Positions 19,029-27,669 of a stretch of 64,000 nucleotides of DNA are shown piece by piece. This stretch comes from an uncultured Maricaulis sp. GTDB taxonomy: Bacteria; Pseudomonadota; Alphaproteobacteria; Caulobacterales; Maricaulaceae. The stretch spans positions 351 to 64,350 of the forward strand of contig NZ_CAJQOO010000047.1 in NCBI RefSeq assembly GCF_905480005.1. The letters are read 5' to 3'. The first letter of the stretch is position 1, and every line of letters starts with the position of its first letter. Under the pieces are notes generated by a model. The model ran no database searches. It saw nothing but the letters and a program-made list of their open reading frames with translations, and had not been told where the DNA came from. Made by a program: the position numbers and the translations under genes.

Positions 19029-20299
19029 TGAAAGCGATCCTTCCCGCGCTCGCCCTGGCACTTGCCAGCACGGCGCCAAGCCTCGCCCAGACCTATGCCG
19101 TCACGAATGGCCGCGTGGTCACCAACTCGGCTCAGGGCATCATCGCCGATGGTACCGTTTTGATCCGTGATGGCAGCATTGTTGCCGTTGGTGCTGATGT
19201 GACCATCCCCGACGGCACCGAAGTGATCGATGCCGATGGGGGCTGGATAACGCCAGGCCTGTTCGCACCCTTCACACAGATCGGCTTGATTGAAGTCGCT
19301 CTCGAAGGCTCCACGACCGATGCGGGCGCGAATGACTCGCCCTATTCCGTCGCCCTTGATGTCACCGACGGGTTCAACCCGGCCGGGACGCACATCGCGT
19401 CGACCCGCATGCGCGGCGTGACGCGGGCCGCCATCTATCCCTCGACCGGCCACAATATCTTTGCCGGTCAGGGGGGGCTGGTGAATACGAGCGGCGAATC
19501 CGACTCGGTGTTCGAGAATGGCAGCTTTGTCTATGCCGACCTCAGCCAGTCCGGGGCCTCGACGGCCGGCGGCTCCCGCCCGGCTGCCTGGGCTTATCTG
19601 GAGGCCGCTTTCAATGATGCACGCGGCTATCCGGGACGTTTCTCGGCCGACCATGAGGGCGATGCACTCAATCGCTTCGACGCCCAGGCCTTTCTGCCTG
19701 TGGTGCGGGGACGCGTTCCGCTTGTTCTGAACATTGATCGAGCCGCTGATTTGCGCCGGGCGATCCGCTTCCAGGCGGAAAACACCCCGGTCCAGATCAT
19801 GATCGAGGGTGGCGCCGAAGCCTGGCTCGTCGCGGACGAGCTGGCCGCGGCCGGAATTCCGATTCTGCTGGACCCGCTGCGCAATCTCCCCGCCTCATTT
19901 GATGAGATCGCCGCGACGCTGGACGGTGCCCAGCGCCTGCACGCAGCCGGTGTTACCGTGGCCTACACCACGTTGACCTCGGACGGGTATTACAATGCCC
20001 GCCTGATCACCCAGCATGCCGGCAATGCGGTCGCCAATGGCGTGGCCTGGGACCAGGCCTTCCGGTCGATCACCCTTACCCCGGCTCAGATCTATGGCGT
20101 GGGCGACCGCTATGGCGCCCTGGCAAATGGCTATGCCGGAGATGTCGTCGTCTGGGATGGGGACCCGCTCGAGGTGATGAGTTCACCGACTGCGGTCCTG
20201 ATCGATGGCGAAATGACGGAGATGGATTCGCGGCAGACGCGCCTTCTGAACCGTTACATCAATATCACGGACGAGACGCCATTCGCCTATCGGCGTTAG
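19025..20299 (+). CDS. Amidohydrolase-fold protein lacking metal ligands (probable non-catalytic partner), secreted
   Basis: Start overlaps the upstream stop (ATGA at 19025-19028). Signal peptide MMKAILPALALALASTAPSLAQ. It aligns by eye with the upstream paralogue, but HxH becomes FAPFTQ, the MHCY His becomes LNID, FHHA becomes IEGG, and HSDSD becomes TLTSDG. Confidence 0.82.
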   Translation: MMKAILPALALALASTAPSLAQTYAVTNGRVVTNSAQGIIADGTVLIRDGSIVAVGADVTIPDGTEVIDADGGWITPGLFAPFTQIGLIEVALEGSTTDAGANDSPYSVALDVTDGFNPAGTHIASTRMRGVTRAAIYPSTGHNIFAGQGGLVNTSGESDSVFENGSFVYADLSQSGASTAGGSRPAAWAYLEAAFNDARGYPGRFSADHEGDALNRFDAQAFLPVVRGRVPLVLNIDRAADLRRAIRFQAENTPVQIMIEGGAEAWLVADELAAAGIPILLDPLRNLPASFDEIAATLDGAQRLHAAGVTVAYTTLTSDGYYNARLITQHAGNAVANGVAWDQAFRSITLTPAQIYGVGDRYGALANGYAGDVVVWDGDPLEVMSSPTAVLIDGEMTEMDSRQTRLLNRYINITDETPFAYRR

Positions 20300-20357
20300 G
20301 GGATCAGCCTTGTTGCGTTGACTCGCAGCGGCTCCCCCGTATTTTGCGCTCACCAAG

Positions 20358-20382
20358 CGGCCGCGCCACTACGGCGCGGCCG
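20358..20382 (+). terminator. Possible terminator hairpin after the amidohydrolase pair
   Basis: CGGCCGCGCC-5 nt-GGCGCGGCCG perfect 10-bp stem. The trailing tract (TACCGTATTT) is only weakly U-rich. Confidence 0.45.
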
Positions 20383-20412
20383 TACCGTATTTAGGTCAAA
20401 CCAAAGGACGCC

Positions 20413-21957
20413 ATGACGTTCGCAGATCTGGGTCTGAGCCCAAAACTCCTCGAAGCCATCCAGAAGGCTGGCTATAGCGAACCGACCCCGATCCAGGCCG
20501 GCGCCATTCCTCCCGCGCTTGCCGGGAAAGACGTGCTGGGCATTGCCCAGACGGGCACCGGGAAAACTGCGTCCTTTACCCTGCCCCTTATCGAGCGTCT
20601 GTCCCGTGGCCGCGCCAAGGCCCGGATGCCGCGCTCGCTTATCATTGCACCGACCCGCGAACTCGCCGCCCAGTGCGCCGAGAATTTCGAGACTTATTCC
20701 GAGGGCCAAAAGCTCTCCATGGCCTTGCTGATCGGTGGCGTTGCCTTTGGTCCGCAAGAGGCCATTCTCAACAAGGGCGCGGATGTCCTGATCGCCACGC
20801 CGGGTCGCCTGCTCGACCATTTCGGGCGCGGCAAGCTGCTGATGACCGGTGTTCAGATGCTGGTTGTCGACGAAGCCGACCGTATGCTCGACATGGGTTT
20901 CATCCCGGATCTCGAGAAAATCTTCTCGCTGGTGCCGCCGGCACCGCGTCGTCAGACGCTCTTCTTCTCGGCCACCATGCCGAAGGAAATCCAGAGCCTG
21001 GTTGATCGCTTCCTGCGCGACCCGGAGCGGGTGGAAGTTTCGCGCCCGGCGACCGCATCCACCAATATCAGCCAGCTCATGATCAAGCTGGATGACAACT
21101 CGGCCAAGGCCAAGCGCGCCGCCCTGCGCCTCGCCATGTCCCGTGATGGTGTGAAGAACGGCATCATTTTCTCGAATCGCAAGCGCGACGTCGACATCGT
21201 CGCCCGCTCGCTGCAACGCCATGGTTTCTCGGCCGCTCCGATCCACGGCGATCTGGACCAGTCGGCCCGAACCGCAACCCTCGCCAGTTTCAAGTCCGGC
21301 GAATTGCGATTCCTGGTCGCCAGTGATGTTGCAGCCCGCGGCCTGGACATTCCGGATGTCAGCCACGTCTTCAATTATGACATGCCACATCATGCCGATG
21401 ATTATGTGCATCGCATCGGCCGAACCGGGCGCGCCGGCAAATCCGGCGAGTCGATCACGATCTTCGTGCCGGGTGATGAGAAATCCCTGGCTGCCGTCCT
21501 CAAGCTGATCCAGGTCGAGATCCCTGAACTGGTTCTCGATGGTATGGGCGAAGCGATGGCTGATGCCGGTGTCTCCAGCGGCAGATCACGACGATCCACG
21601 CCAAAGAGTGGTGGCAGTTCTTCCTCATCCAAGGGCGAATCTACTAGCTCAAGCTCGCGCTCGCGCAAGCCGCGCCGCTCCGAAGCGAAGGGCGACGAAG
21701 CCCCTACGAGCGCGGCATCCGCGGTTCAAAAAGCCGTCGCAGCGGTGGAAGAAAAGCAAAAAGAACCCGCCAAGCAGGCCGAACCTGAACAGGCTGTCAC
21801 TGAAAAAGCCGAGCCCAGAAAGCGCGAAACGCAACCGGAAGCTCAGCGTCGAGGAGGCCGGAAGTCGGGCTCCAAGCGGGATCGCAGCCAGGACAATGAT
21901 CGGTCTGTGGTCGGCTTTGGCGACCATGTTCCAAGCTTCATGAATGCTGATCGCTGA
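20413..21957 (+). CDS. rhlE: DEAD-box ATP-dependent RNA helicase (RhlE-like) with a long S/K/E/R-rich tail
   Basis: Q-motif (F.DLGL..., TPIQ), AQTGTGKT, VVDEADRMLDMGF (DEAD), SAT, HRIGRTGRAG. About 140 aa of low-complexity C-terminus. Confidence 0.92.
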   Translation: MTFADLGLSPKLLEAIQKAGYSEPTPIQAGAIPPALAGKDVLGIAQTGTGKTASFTLPLIERLSRGRAKARMPRSLIIAPTRELAAQCAENFETYSEGQKLSMALLIGGVAFGPQEAILNKGADVLIATPGRLLDHFGRGKLLMTGVQMLVVDEADRMLDMGFIPDLEKIFSLVPPAPRRQTLFFSATMPKEIQSLVDRFLRDPERVEVSRPATASTNISQLMIKLDDNSAKAKRAALRLAMSRDGVKNGIIFSNRKRDVDIVARSLQRHGFSAAPIHGDLDQSARTATLASFKSGELRFLVASDVAARGLDIPDVSHVFNYDMPHHADDYVHRIGRTGRAGKSGESITIFVPGDEKSLAAVLKLIQVEIPELVLDGMGEAMADAGVSSGRSRRSTPKSGGSSSSSKGESTSSSSRSRKPRRSEAKGDEAPTSAASAVQKAVAAVEEKQKEPAKQAEPEQAVTEKAEPRKRETQPEAQRRGGRKSGSKRDRSQDNDRSVVGFGDHVPSFMNADR

Positions 21958-22007
21958 CATCGGCCTGACGCAATCGCAACGAATGGCAGCAGAAGTCGTG
22001 AAAACAA

Positions 22008-22030
22008 CTCATACGGTATGAGCCATTTTT
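22008..22030 (+). terminator. Weak terminator-like hairpin after rhlE
   Basis: CTCATAC-G-GTATGAG inverted repeat followed by CCATTTTT. AT-rich and short, hence low confidence. Confidence 0.35.
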
Positions 22031-22045
22031 ACTACTTCTTTCCCT

Positions 22046-23164
22046 TTGCCGGTTACGGTCACTCCAATCCGAAGAGCGAAGTTATTCGCGTCGGCAGGGA
22101 AGGACTTTCTGGTGAACGGTCGACTGCTTGGAAATGAAGGTCGTGAGTTCGCGCTCAAGGCGTTGGACCTCATGGATCAGTTCGGCATCGCGCCGACACC
22201 CGAAAACTATGCGGTCTGGGTCTGTTTCACCAGTGATACCAATCCGGAACTTTGCGAGACCCTGAAAGGTCACATCCAGTCCGGCGACACCTTCTCCGAA
22301 ACGATCAATAACGAACTCTTCGAACAGTATTTCCAGTGGAAAGCCCTTCAGGACGCGATTCTGGAGAGCGGCGGCGCGATGTGTCGCGAGCTGGGCGCCG
22401 TGCAGCAGACGCTGCAAGCCGCCGAGCGGGACACCGCGGCCTATGGCAAGGCACTTGAGGGCGCCAGCCACGAACTGGTTGCCAGCCCGGATGCCCCGGG
22501 CATGAAGAAACTCGTCGAGAGCCTGGTCTCAGCCACGGCTCGGATGCAACGCCGCAGTCAGGCGCTGGAGGATCGTCTTCAGGTGACCTCCAATGAAGTG
22601 ACGCAACTGCGCTCGAACCTGGAGAAGGTTCGCGAGGAGGCCATGACCGATGCCCTCACCGGTATCGCCAATCGCAAACGCTTCGACGAAAGCCTCCGCC
22701 GCGCACGCCGCGATTCGGAGACCAAGAAACAGCCGCTCAGCCTGATCCTCTGCGACATCGATTTCTTCAAGCGTTTCAATGACACTTGGGGCCATCAGAC
22801 CGGCGACCAGATCATTCGTTTCGTCGCGGGTTGCCTGACCCGTCATGCCGGCGAAGGTCATCTCGTGGCCCGTTATGGCGGCGAGGAATTCGGTATTGTG
22901 ATGCCGAATACGGCGCCGAATGTTGCCGAACAGGTTGCCGAGAAGATCCGCAAGACCGTCGAATCCAAGAAATTGCTTCGCAAGTCCACCAATGAGGATC
23001 TCGGCAATATCACGGTCTCGCTCGGCATTGCGACCTATCAGGACGGCGAGTCGATTGAAGACCTCATCGAGCGGTCCGACTCGAACCTCTACCGCTCCAA
23101 GACCGAGGGCCGTAATCGCACGACCGTCGATGATGGCCGGACGAGTTCACGCAGCGCCGCCTGA
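22046..23164 (+). CDS. Diguanylate cyclase (GGDEF domain; GGEEF active site) with N-terminal coiled-coil sensor region
   Basis: C-terminal GGDEF domain: DALTGIANRKRFD, DIDFFKRFNDTWGHQTGD, RYGGEEFGIVMP. There is no in-frame ATG before the conserved N-terminal block. The track uses TTG 22046. GTG 22112, with GGGAAGGA 8 nt upstream, is an alternative. Confidence 0.85.
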   Translation: MPVTVTPIRRAKLFASAGKDFLVNGRLLGNEGREFALKALDLMDQFGIAPTPENYAVWVCFTSDTNPELCETLKGHIQSGDTFSETINNELFEQYFQWKALQDAILESGGAMCRELGAVQQTLQAAERDTAAYGKALEGASHELVASPDAPGMKKLVESLVSATARMQRRSQALEDRLQVTSNEVTQLRSNLEKVREEAMTDALTGIANRKRFDESLRRARRDSETKKQPLSLILCDIDFFKRFNDTWGHQTGDQIIRFVAGCLTRHAGEGHLVARYGGEEFGIVMPNTAPNVAEQVAEKIRKTVESKKLLRKSTNEDLGNITVSLGIATYQDGESIEDLIERSDSNLYRSKTEGRNRTTVDDGRTSSRSAA

Positions 23165-23198
23165 CCGCAGGCCCGTCACATTGTTGAATTTCCGGATC

Positions 23199-23220
23199 AG
23201 GCCGCCTTTCGAGGCGGCCT
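23199..23220. terminator. Hairpin between convergent diguanylate cyclase and GST genes
   Basis: AGGCCGCC-TTTCGA-GGCGGCCT stem-loop in the 63-nt convergent spacer. No strong U-tract on either side. Confidence 0.45.
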
Positions 23221-23227
23221 TGTCATG

Positions 23228-23818
23228 TCAGCTGTCTGCTGGCGGCGGTGTGGCCTTGAAACTCGGACGTGCTTCCCATGCTTCCAGCAATGCCGCCAGA
23301 TGCGGCCGCCCGCTCCGCCAATCGCTCTCGGGATAGCGAAAATCCATGTAGGACAGCGCCACAGCCATGGTCAACGGCCCCTGGGCAAGCGGCGCGTCGA
23401 GATGCCCAATCAGGGTCTCGATCTCATCGATTGCGCGCATGATTCCGCGCTCGCGGCGCTGGATCCAGAAGTCTGACTGGATCCCCTCATCCCGCACCAT
23501 TTCCACGCGGCGCGCGACGGTCAGGTCGAGCAGACCATTTCCGAGCGCCTCGAGGCGACGATCAGTCCAGTCCCGCGGCCAGGGCTCACCGGCCCGCTCA
23601 CACAAATAATCGGCAATCAGTGCGCTTTCAGTGAAGGCCTGCCCGTCATCCAGTACCAGACACGGCACGCGACCGAGCGGATTGGCCTGGATCAAGGCCG
23701 GATCATCGTCAAAGGGATGGGATTCCAGCTCTTCCACCTCGTCCGCCAAACCCAGTTCATGCACCATGACGCGGCATTTGCGTGAATAGGGCGAGGTGGT
23801 CGAGATGATGAGTTTCAT
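23228..23818 (-). CDS. Glutathione S-transferase family protein
   Basis: 196 aa. Thioredoxin-like N-domain (SPYSRKCRVM.., NPLGRVPCLVLDDGQAFTESALIADYL). Starts 6 nt after the sufA stop, so it is probably the last gene of the suf transcript. Confidence 0.82.
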   Translation of the reverse strand: MKLIISTTSPYSRKCRVMVHELGLADEVEELESHPFDDDPALIQANPLGRVPCLVLDDGQAFTESALIADYLCERAGEPWPRDWTDRRLEALGNGLLDLTVARRVEMVRDEGIQSDFWIQRRERGIMRAIDEIETLIGHLDAPLAQGPLTMAVALSYMDFRYPESDWRSGRPHLAALLEAWEARPSFKATPPPADS

Positions 23819-23824
23819 GGTCGG

Positions 23825-24184
23825 TCAGACTTCCTTGACAGGAATGATCGTCACGCTTTCCCCGCAGCCGCACGCGTCGGTCTGGTTGGGGTTGTTGAAC
23901 ACGAATTTCGCATGAAGCGGGGTAATTTCATAATCGATCTGCGTTCCGAGCAGGAATAGCAGGGCCTTCGACTCCAGCACGATCTCGACGCCATGGTCTT
24001 CGACACGCTCGTCCAGCGGGCCAGGTGCCTCGACATAGGCCATCTCGTATTCCATGCCGGCACAACCGCCATTCTTGACGCCCACGCGCAGGAAACCGGC
24101 ACCGCGCTGGGCCATCAGCCCCTTGACGCGCTCGGCCGCCGCTTCGGTCAGGCTCACCGCCTTGGGTCGTTCACGTACAGCCAT
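23825..24184 (-). CDS. sufA: A-type Fe-S cluster carrier (HesB/IscA/SufA family)
   Basis: 119 aa with GGCAGMEY and the C-terminal CGCGESV motif. Confidence 0.9.
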   Translation of the reverse strand: MAVRERPKAVSLTEAAAERVKGLMAQRGAGFLRVGVKNGGCAGMEYEMAYVEAPGPLDERVEDHGVEIVLESKALLFLLGTQIDYEITPLHAKFVFNNPNQTDACGCGESVTIIPVKEV

Positions 24185-24193
24185 TCCGGCCTC

Positions 24194-24628
24194 CTAGAAC
24201 ATGTTCAGCGCGAGGCGCGCTTCATCGGACATGCGATCGGGCGTCCAGGGTGGTTCGAAAGTGAGATCCACCAGCGCACGGTCGACGCCCTCGACCTTTT
24301 CCACCGCTTCCTGGACCCAGCCCGGCATCTCGCCCGCGACCGGACAGCCTGGCGCCGTGAGCGACATCTGGACCTTCAAGGTCCTGTCGTCCTCCAGGTC
24401 GACCTTGTAGATCAGGCCAAGTTCGTAGATATCGACCGGAATTTCCGGATCGTAGACGCTCTTGAGGGCTTCGACGACAGCATCGGTGATACGCGCCAGC
24501 TCGTCGGCCGGTATGGCACCGGTCCCGTCGGCCGGGCGGCTTTCGGTCGCAATTGCGCTCGCCGCCACCGGCTCGGCGGGGGCAGACAGGTCGATCACGT
24601 CACGGTTGATTTGCTCGGTCATGGTCAT
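24194..24628 (-). CDS. sufT: SUF-associated DUF59/MIP18 Fe-S assembly protein (SufT-like)
   Basis: DUF59 core: VYDPEIPVDIYELGLIY...MSLTAPGCPVAG. Position between sufS and sufA. Confidence 0.85.
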   Translation of the reverse strand: MTMTEQINRDVIDLSAPAEPVAASAIATESRPADGTGAIPADELARITDAVVEALKSVYDPEIPVDIYELGLIYKVDLEDDRTLKVQMSLTAPGCPVAGEMPGWVQEAVEKVEGVDRALVDLTFEPPWTPDRMSDEARLALNMF

Positions 24629-24630
24629 CC

Positions 24631-25872
24631 CTAGATGAGGAAGTCGCGGGCCTTTTTCAATGCGTCGACAAACGCATCGGCCTCTTCAATGGTGTTGTAG
24701 ATGGCGAAACTGGCCCGTGCGGTCGAGCTCACACCCATGCGACGCATCAGGGGTTGGGCACAATGATGCCCGGCCCGCACCGCAACGCCGTACTTGTCGA
24801 GGATCTGGGCCACATCATGAGGATGGGCGCCATCGAGGGTGAAGGAGATGATCGCGCCCTTGTCCTGGGCTGTTCCGATCACGCGCAGGCCATCAATATC
24901 GGCCAGGCCCGTCATGGCCCTGTCCATTAGCGCCCGCTCGTGCTCCAGCACCGCGATGCGGTCATGACGCTCTACCCAGCGGATCGCCGCGCCCAGCCCG
25001 ATCGCGTCGGCGATTGCCGGCGTTCCGGCTTCAAACTTGTGTGGCACGTCCGCGAAAGTGACCCGATCCTCGAACACGTCCGCGATCATCTCGCCGCCGG
25101 CCATATAAGGCGGCAGACGGTCCAGCCAGTCGCCCTTGGCATAGAGCGCCCCGATGCCGGACGGGCCATAGAGCTTGTGACCGGTAAAGACGAAGAAGTC
25201 ACAATCAAGCGCCTGGACATCGACCGGCAGGTGCACCGCCGACTGTGAACCATCGAGCATGACCGGCACGTCGTGAGATTTCGCGATCTCGATAATCCGG
25301 GCCGCATCATTCACCGTGCCCAGGACATTGGACATATGGGTGATGGCGATCAGCCTGGTCTTTTCATTAACCATGCCTGCCAGGTGTGGATAATCCAGCT
25401 CACCGGCTTCCGTTACAGGCGCCCAACGCAGAGTAAGCCCTTTGGAATCAGCGAGAAGGCGCCATGGAACGATATTGGAGTGATGCTCCATCTGTGAGAT
25501 GATGATCTCATCGCCCGGCTCCAGCATCTGGCCGAAACTGTGGGCAATGAGATTGATCGCCTCGGTCGAGCCGCGGGTAAAGACAATCTCCTCGGTCCGC
25601 CTCGCATTGAGAAAACGCCGGACGTCTTCGCGCGATTTCTCGAACTCTTCCGTTGTCTCATTGGCCAGGGTGTGGAGCCCGCGATGCACATTGGCGTAGG
25701 AGGCACGATAGACACCGGCCACGCTCTCGATCACGAATTCCGGCTTCTGGGCCGAGGCCGCATTGTCGAGATAACACAGCGGATAGCCATTGATTTCGCG
25801 CTGCAGAATCGGGAATTCGCCCCGGATAGCGTCAATATTCAGAGGCGCCGTAATGGTCGATTGAGCGGTCAT
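24631..25872 (-). CDS. sufS: Cysteine desulfurase, group II
   Basis: 413 aa. PLP Lys motif FTGHKLYGPSGIG and active-site RAGHHCAQP, typical of SufS/CsdA. The start overlaps the sufD stop (ATGA). Confidence 0.95.
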   Translation of the reverse strand: MTAQSTITAPLNIDAIRGEFPILQREINGYPLCYLDNAASAQKPEFVIESVAGVYRASYANVHRGLHTLANETTEEFEKSREDVRRFLNARRTEEIVFTRGSTEAINLIAHSFGQMLEPGDEIIISQMEHHSNIVPWRLLADSKGLTLRWAPVTEAGELDYPHLAGMVNEKTRLIAITHMSNVLGTVNDAARIIEIAKSHDVPVMLDGSQSAVHLPVDVQALDCDFFVFTGHKLYGPSGIGALYAKGDWLDRLPPYMAGGEMIADVFEDRVTFADVPHKFEAGTPAIADAIGLGAAIRWVERHDRIAVLEHERALMDRAMTGLADIDGLRVIGTAQDKGAIISFTLDGAHPHDVAQILDKYGVAVRAGHHCAQPLMRRMGVSSTARASFAIYNTIEEADAFVDALKKARDFLI

Positions 25873-26897
25873 ATCAGCGCTCCAAGGCGCGCGCGAAGAC
25901 TGGCCTTGAGTCTCTCGCGCAAGGCTTCGTCCTGCACCCGGTCCAGCGGCTCAGCGAGATAACTCTCGATCAGGAGCGCGCGCGCCCTGGCTTTGGGCAA
26001 GCCACGCTGGCGCATATAAAAGAGAGCCGTCTCATCGAGCGTACCCAGTGCATTGCCGTGGGCGCACTGGACGTCATCGGCATAGATTTCCAGCTCCGGC
26101 TTGGCGTCAATTTCGGCCCTCTCGCCCAGCATGAGCGCCCGGTGCGTCATGCGCGCATCGGTCTGCTGTGCAGCACGGTCGACAATGAACTTGCCCTGGA
26201 AGACCCCATGGCCGCCCGAGGCGACAGCCCCCTTCACCAATTGCTGGGTCACGCCGCCCGGGCCGGTGTGATGGACCAGATTGGTTGTGTCGGCGTGGCG
26301 CCCGGCGGCAAGGACGTAGGCGCCGCCCATGGTGATGCTGGCGCCCTGCCCCGGATGGGTCACATGGGTTTCATTGCGCGAAAGGCGCGCGCCGGTATCC
26401 ACCATCGTCTGGTTGAGGGTCGCCGTTTCAGCCAGCTCGATTTCCGCGGAACCGACAAAGACGGCATCGGCGTCATGATCCGTGATCACAACACGGTCGA
26501 GCCTGGCACCGGCCTCAAGCCGAATCGTCATGTGCCAGTTGCCAAGCGATCCAGCCGCCCCCTTCAGTGTTTCCACAAGCGTCACGGATGCGCCTGCCGG
26601 CACCACCAGGGCAGCATCGGCAGCGCTTGCGCCCGCCGAGGCGGCAACCGCCAGCTCGATACGATCGCCGTCCTTGACGTTGGTGAGGCCATCCAGGCCG
26701 GTCACATCAAGGCGGCCGACCCCGCTGACATCATTCGCGGCGCGGCGTAGATCGGACCATTTCCAAAATTCATTGCGGCGTGTCGGCAAGCCGTCACGCT
26801 GAGTCGCCTCGCGCAAGTGTGCGCGCCAGCCTGTCGCGCCATCCAGCGCACCAATCAGGGCTTTCTCGGCCTGGGTATGGGTCAGTATCGCGGTCAT
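25869..26897 (-). CDS. sufD: Fe-S cluster assembly protein SufD (short alphaproteobacterial form)
   Basis: 342 aa. C-terminal SufB/D beta-helix signatures (QTDARMTHRALMLGERAEIDAKPELEIYADDVQCAHG, LFYMRQRGL). Position after sufC. Confidence 0.85.
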   Translation of the reverse strand: MTAILTHTQAEKALIGALDGATGWRAHLREATQRDGLPTRRNEFWKWSDLRRAANDVSGVGRLDVTGLDGLTNVKDGDRIELAVAASAGASAADAALVVPAGASVTLVETLKGAAGSLGNWHMTIRLEAGARLDRVVITDHDADAVFVGSAEIELAETATLNQTMVDTGARLSRNETHVTHPGQGASITMGGAYVLAAGRHADTTNLVHHTGPGGVTQQLVKGAVASGGHGVFQGKFIVDRAAQQTDARMTHRALMLGERAEIDAKPELEIYADDVQCAHGNALGTLDETALFYMRQRGLPKARARALLIESYLAEPLDRVQDEALRERLKASLRARLGALI

Positions 26898-26900
26898 GCC

Positions 26901-27665
26901 TCAGGCCGCCTCGCCGATGAATTTGTCATAGCCTTCCGCTTCCAGCTCGTGAGCCAGTTCCGGGCCACCGGATTTGACGATCCGGCCATCGGCCATGACA
27001 TGGACGACGTCGGGCGTGATGTGATCTAGCAAGCGCTGATAGTGGGTAATCACCAGCATGCCGCGCTCGGGCGAGCGCAGCGCGTTGACGCCATCGGACA
27101 CGATTTTCAGGGCATCGATGTCGAGGCCGCTATCGGTCTCGTCGAGGATGAGGAATTTCGGTTCGAGGACCAAGGCCTGGAGGATTTCCATCCGCTTCTT
27201 CTCGCCGCCGGAAAAGCCGACATTGACCGGGCGTTTGAGCATGTCCATCGAGACATTGAGCTGTTTCGCCTTCTCGCGGATCAGCTTCATGAATTCGGGC
27301 GCTGAAACCTCCTCCTCGCCGCGCGTGGCGCGCTGGGCGTTGAGGGCCTCCTTGAGGAAGGTGATGGTCGGTACGCCGGGGATCTCAACCGGATACTGGA
27401 AGGACAGGTAAAGGCCCAGCGCGGCCCGTTCTTCCGGAGCAAGCTCGCCGAGCTCTTCACCGAGAAACGCCATCTCGCCATCGGTGACCTCATAACCGTC
27501 ACGGCCGGTCAGCACATAGGACAGCGTCGACTTGCCGGACCCGTTCGGGCCCATAATGGCATGCACTTCGCCGGCTGGAACTTCGAGCGAGAGGCCCTTC
27601 AGAATGGCTTTTTCCTCGCCGTCCTGGGTTTCGACCTTGTTGTGGAGATTGTTGATTTTAAGCAT
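26901..27665 (-). CDS. sufC: Fe-S cluster assembly ATPase SufC
   Basis: ABC ATPase with Walker A GPNGSGKST, signature FSGGEKKR and Walker B LILDETDSGLD. The real start is MLKINNLH at 27665. The track's 27785 start is an extension that overlaps the upstream gene. Confidence 0.95.
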   Translation of the reverse strand: MLKINNLHNKVETQDGEEKAILKGLSLEVPAGEVHAIMGPNGSGKSTLSYVLTGRDGYEVTDGEMAFLGEELGELAPEERAALGLYLSFQYPVEIPGVPTITFLKEALNAQRATRGEEEVSAPEFMKLIREKAKQLNVSMDMLKRPVNVGFSGGEKKRMEILQALVLEPKFLILDETDSGLDIDALKIVSDGVNALRSPERGMLVITHYQRLLDHITPDVVHVMADGRIVKSGGPELAHELEAEGYDKFIGEAA

Positions 27666-27669
27666 TTTT

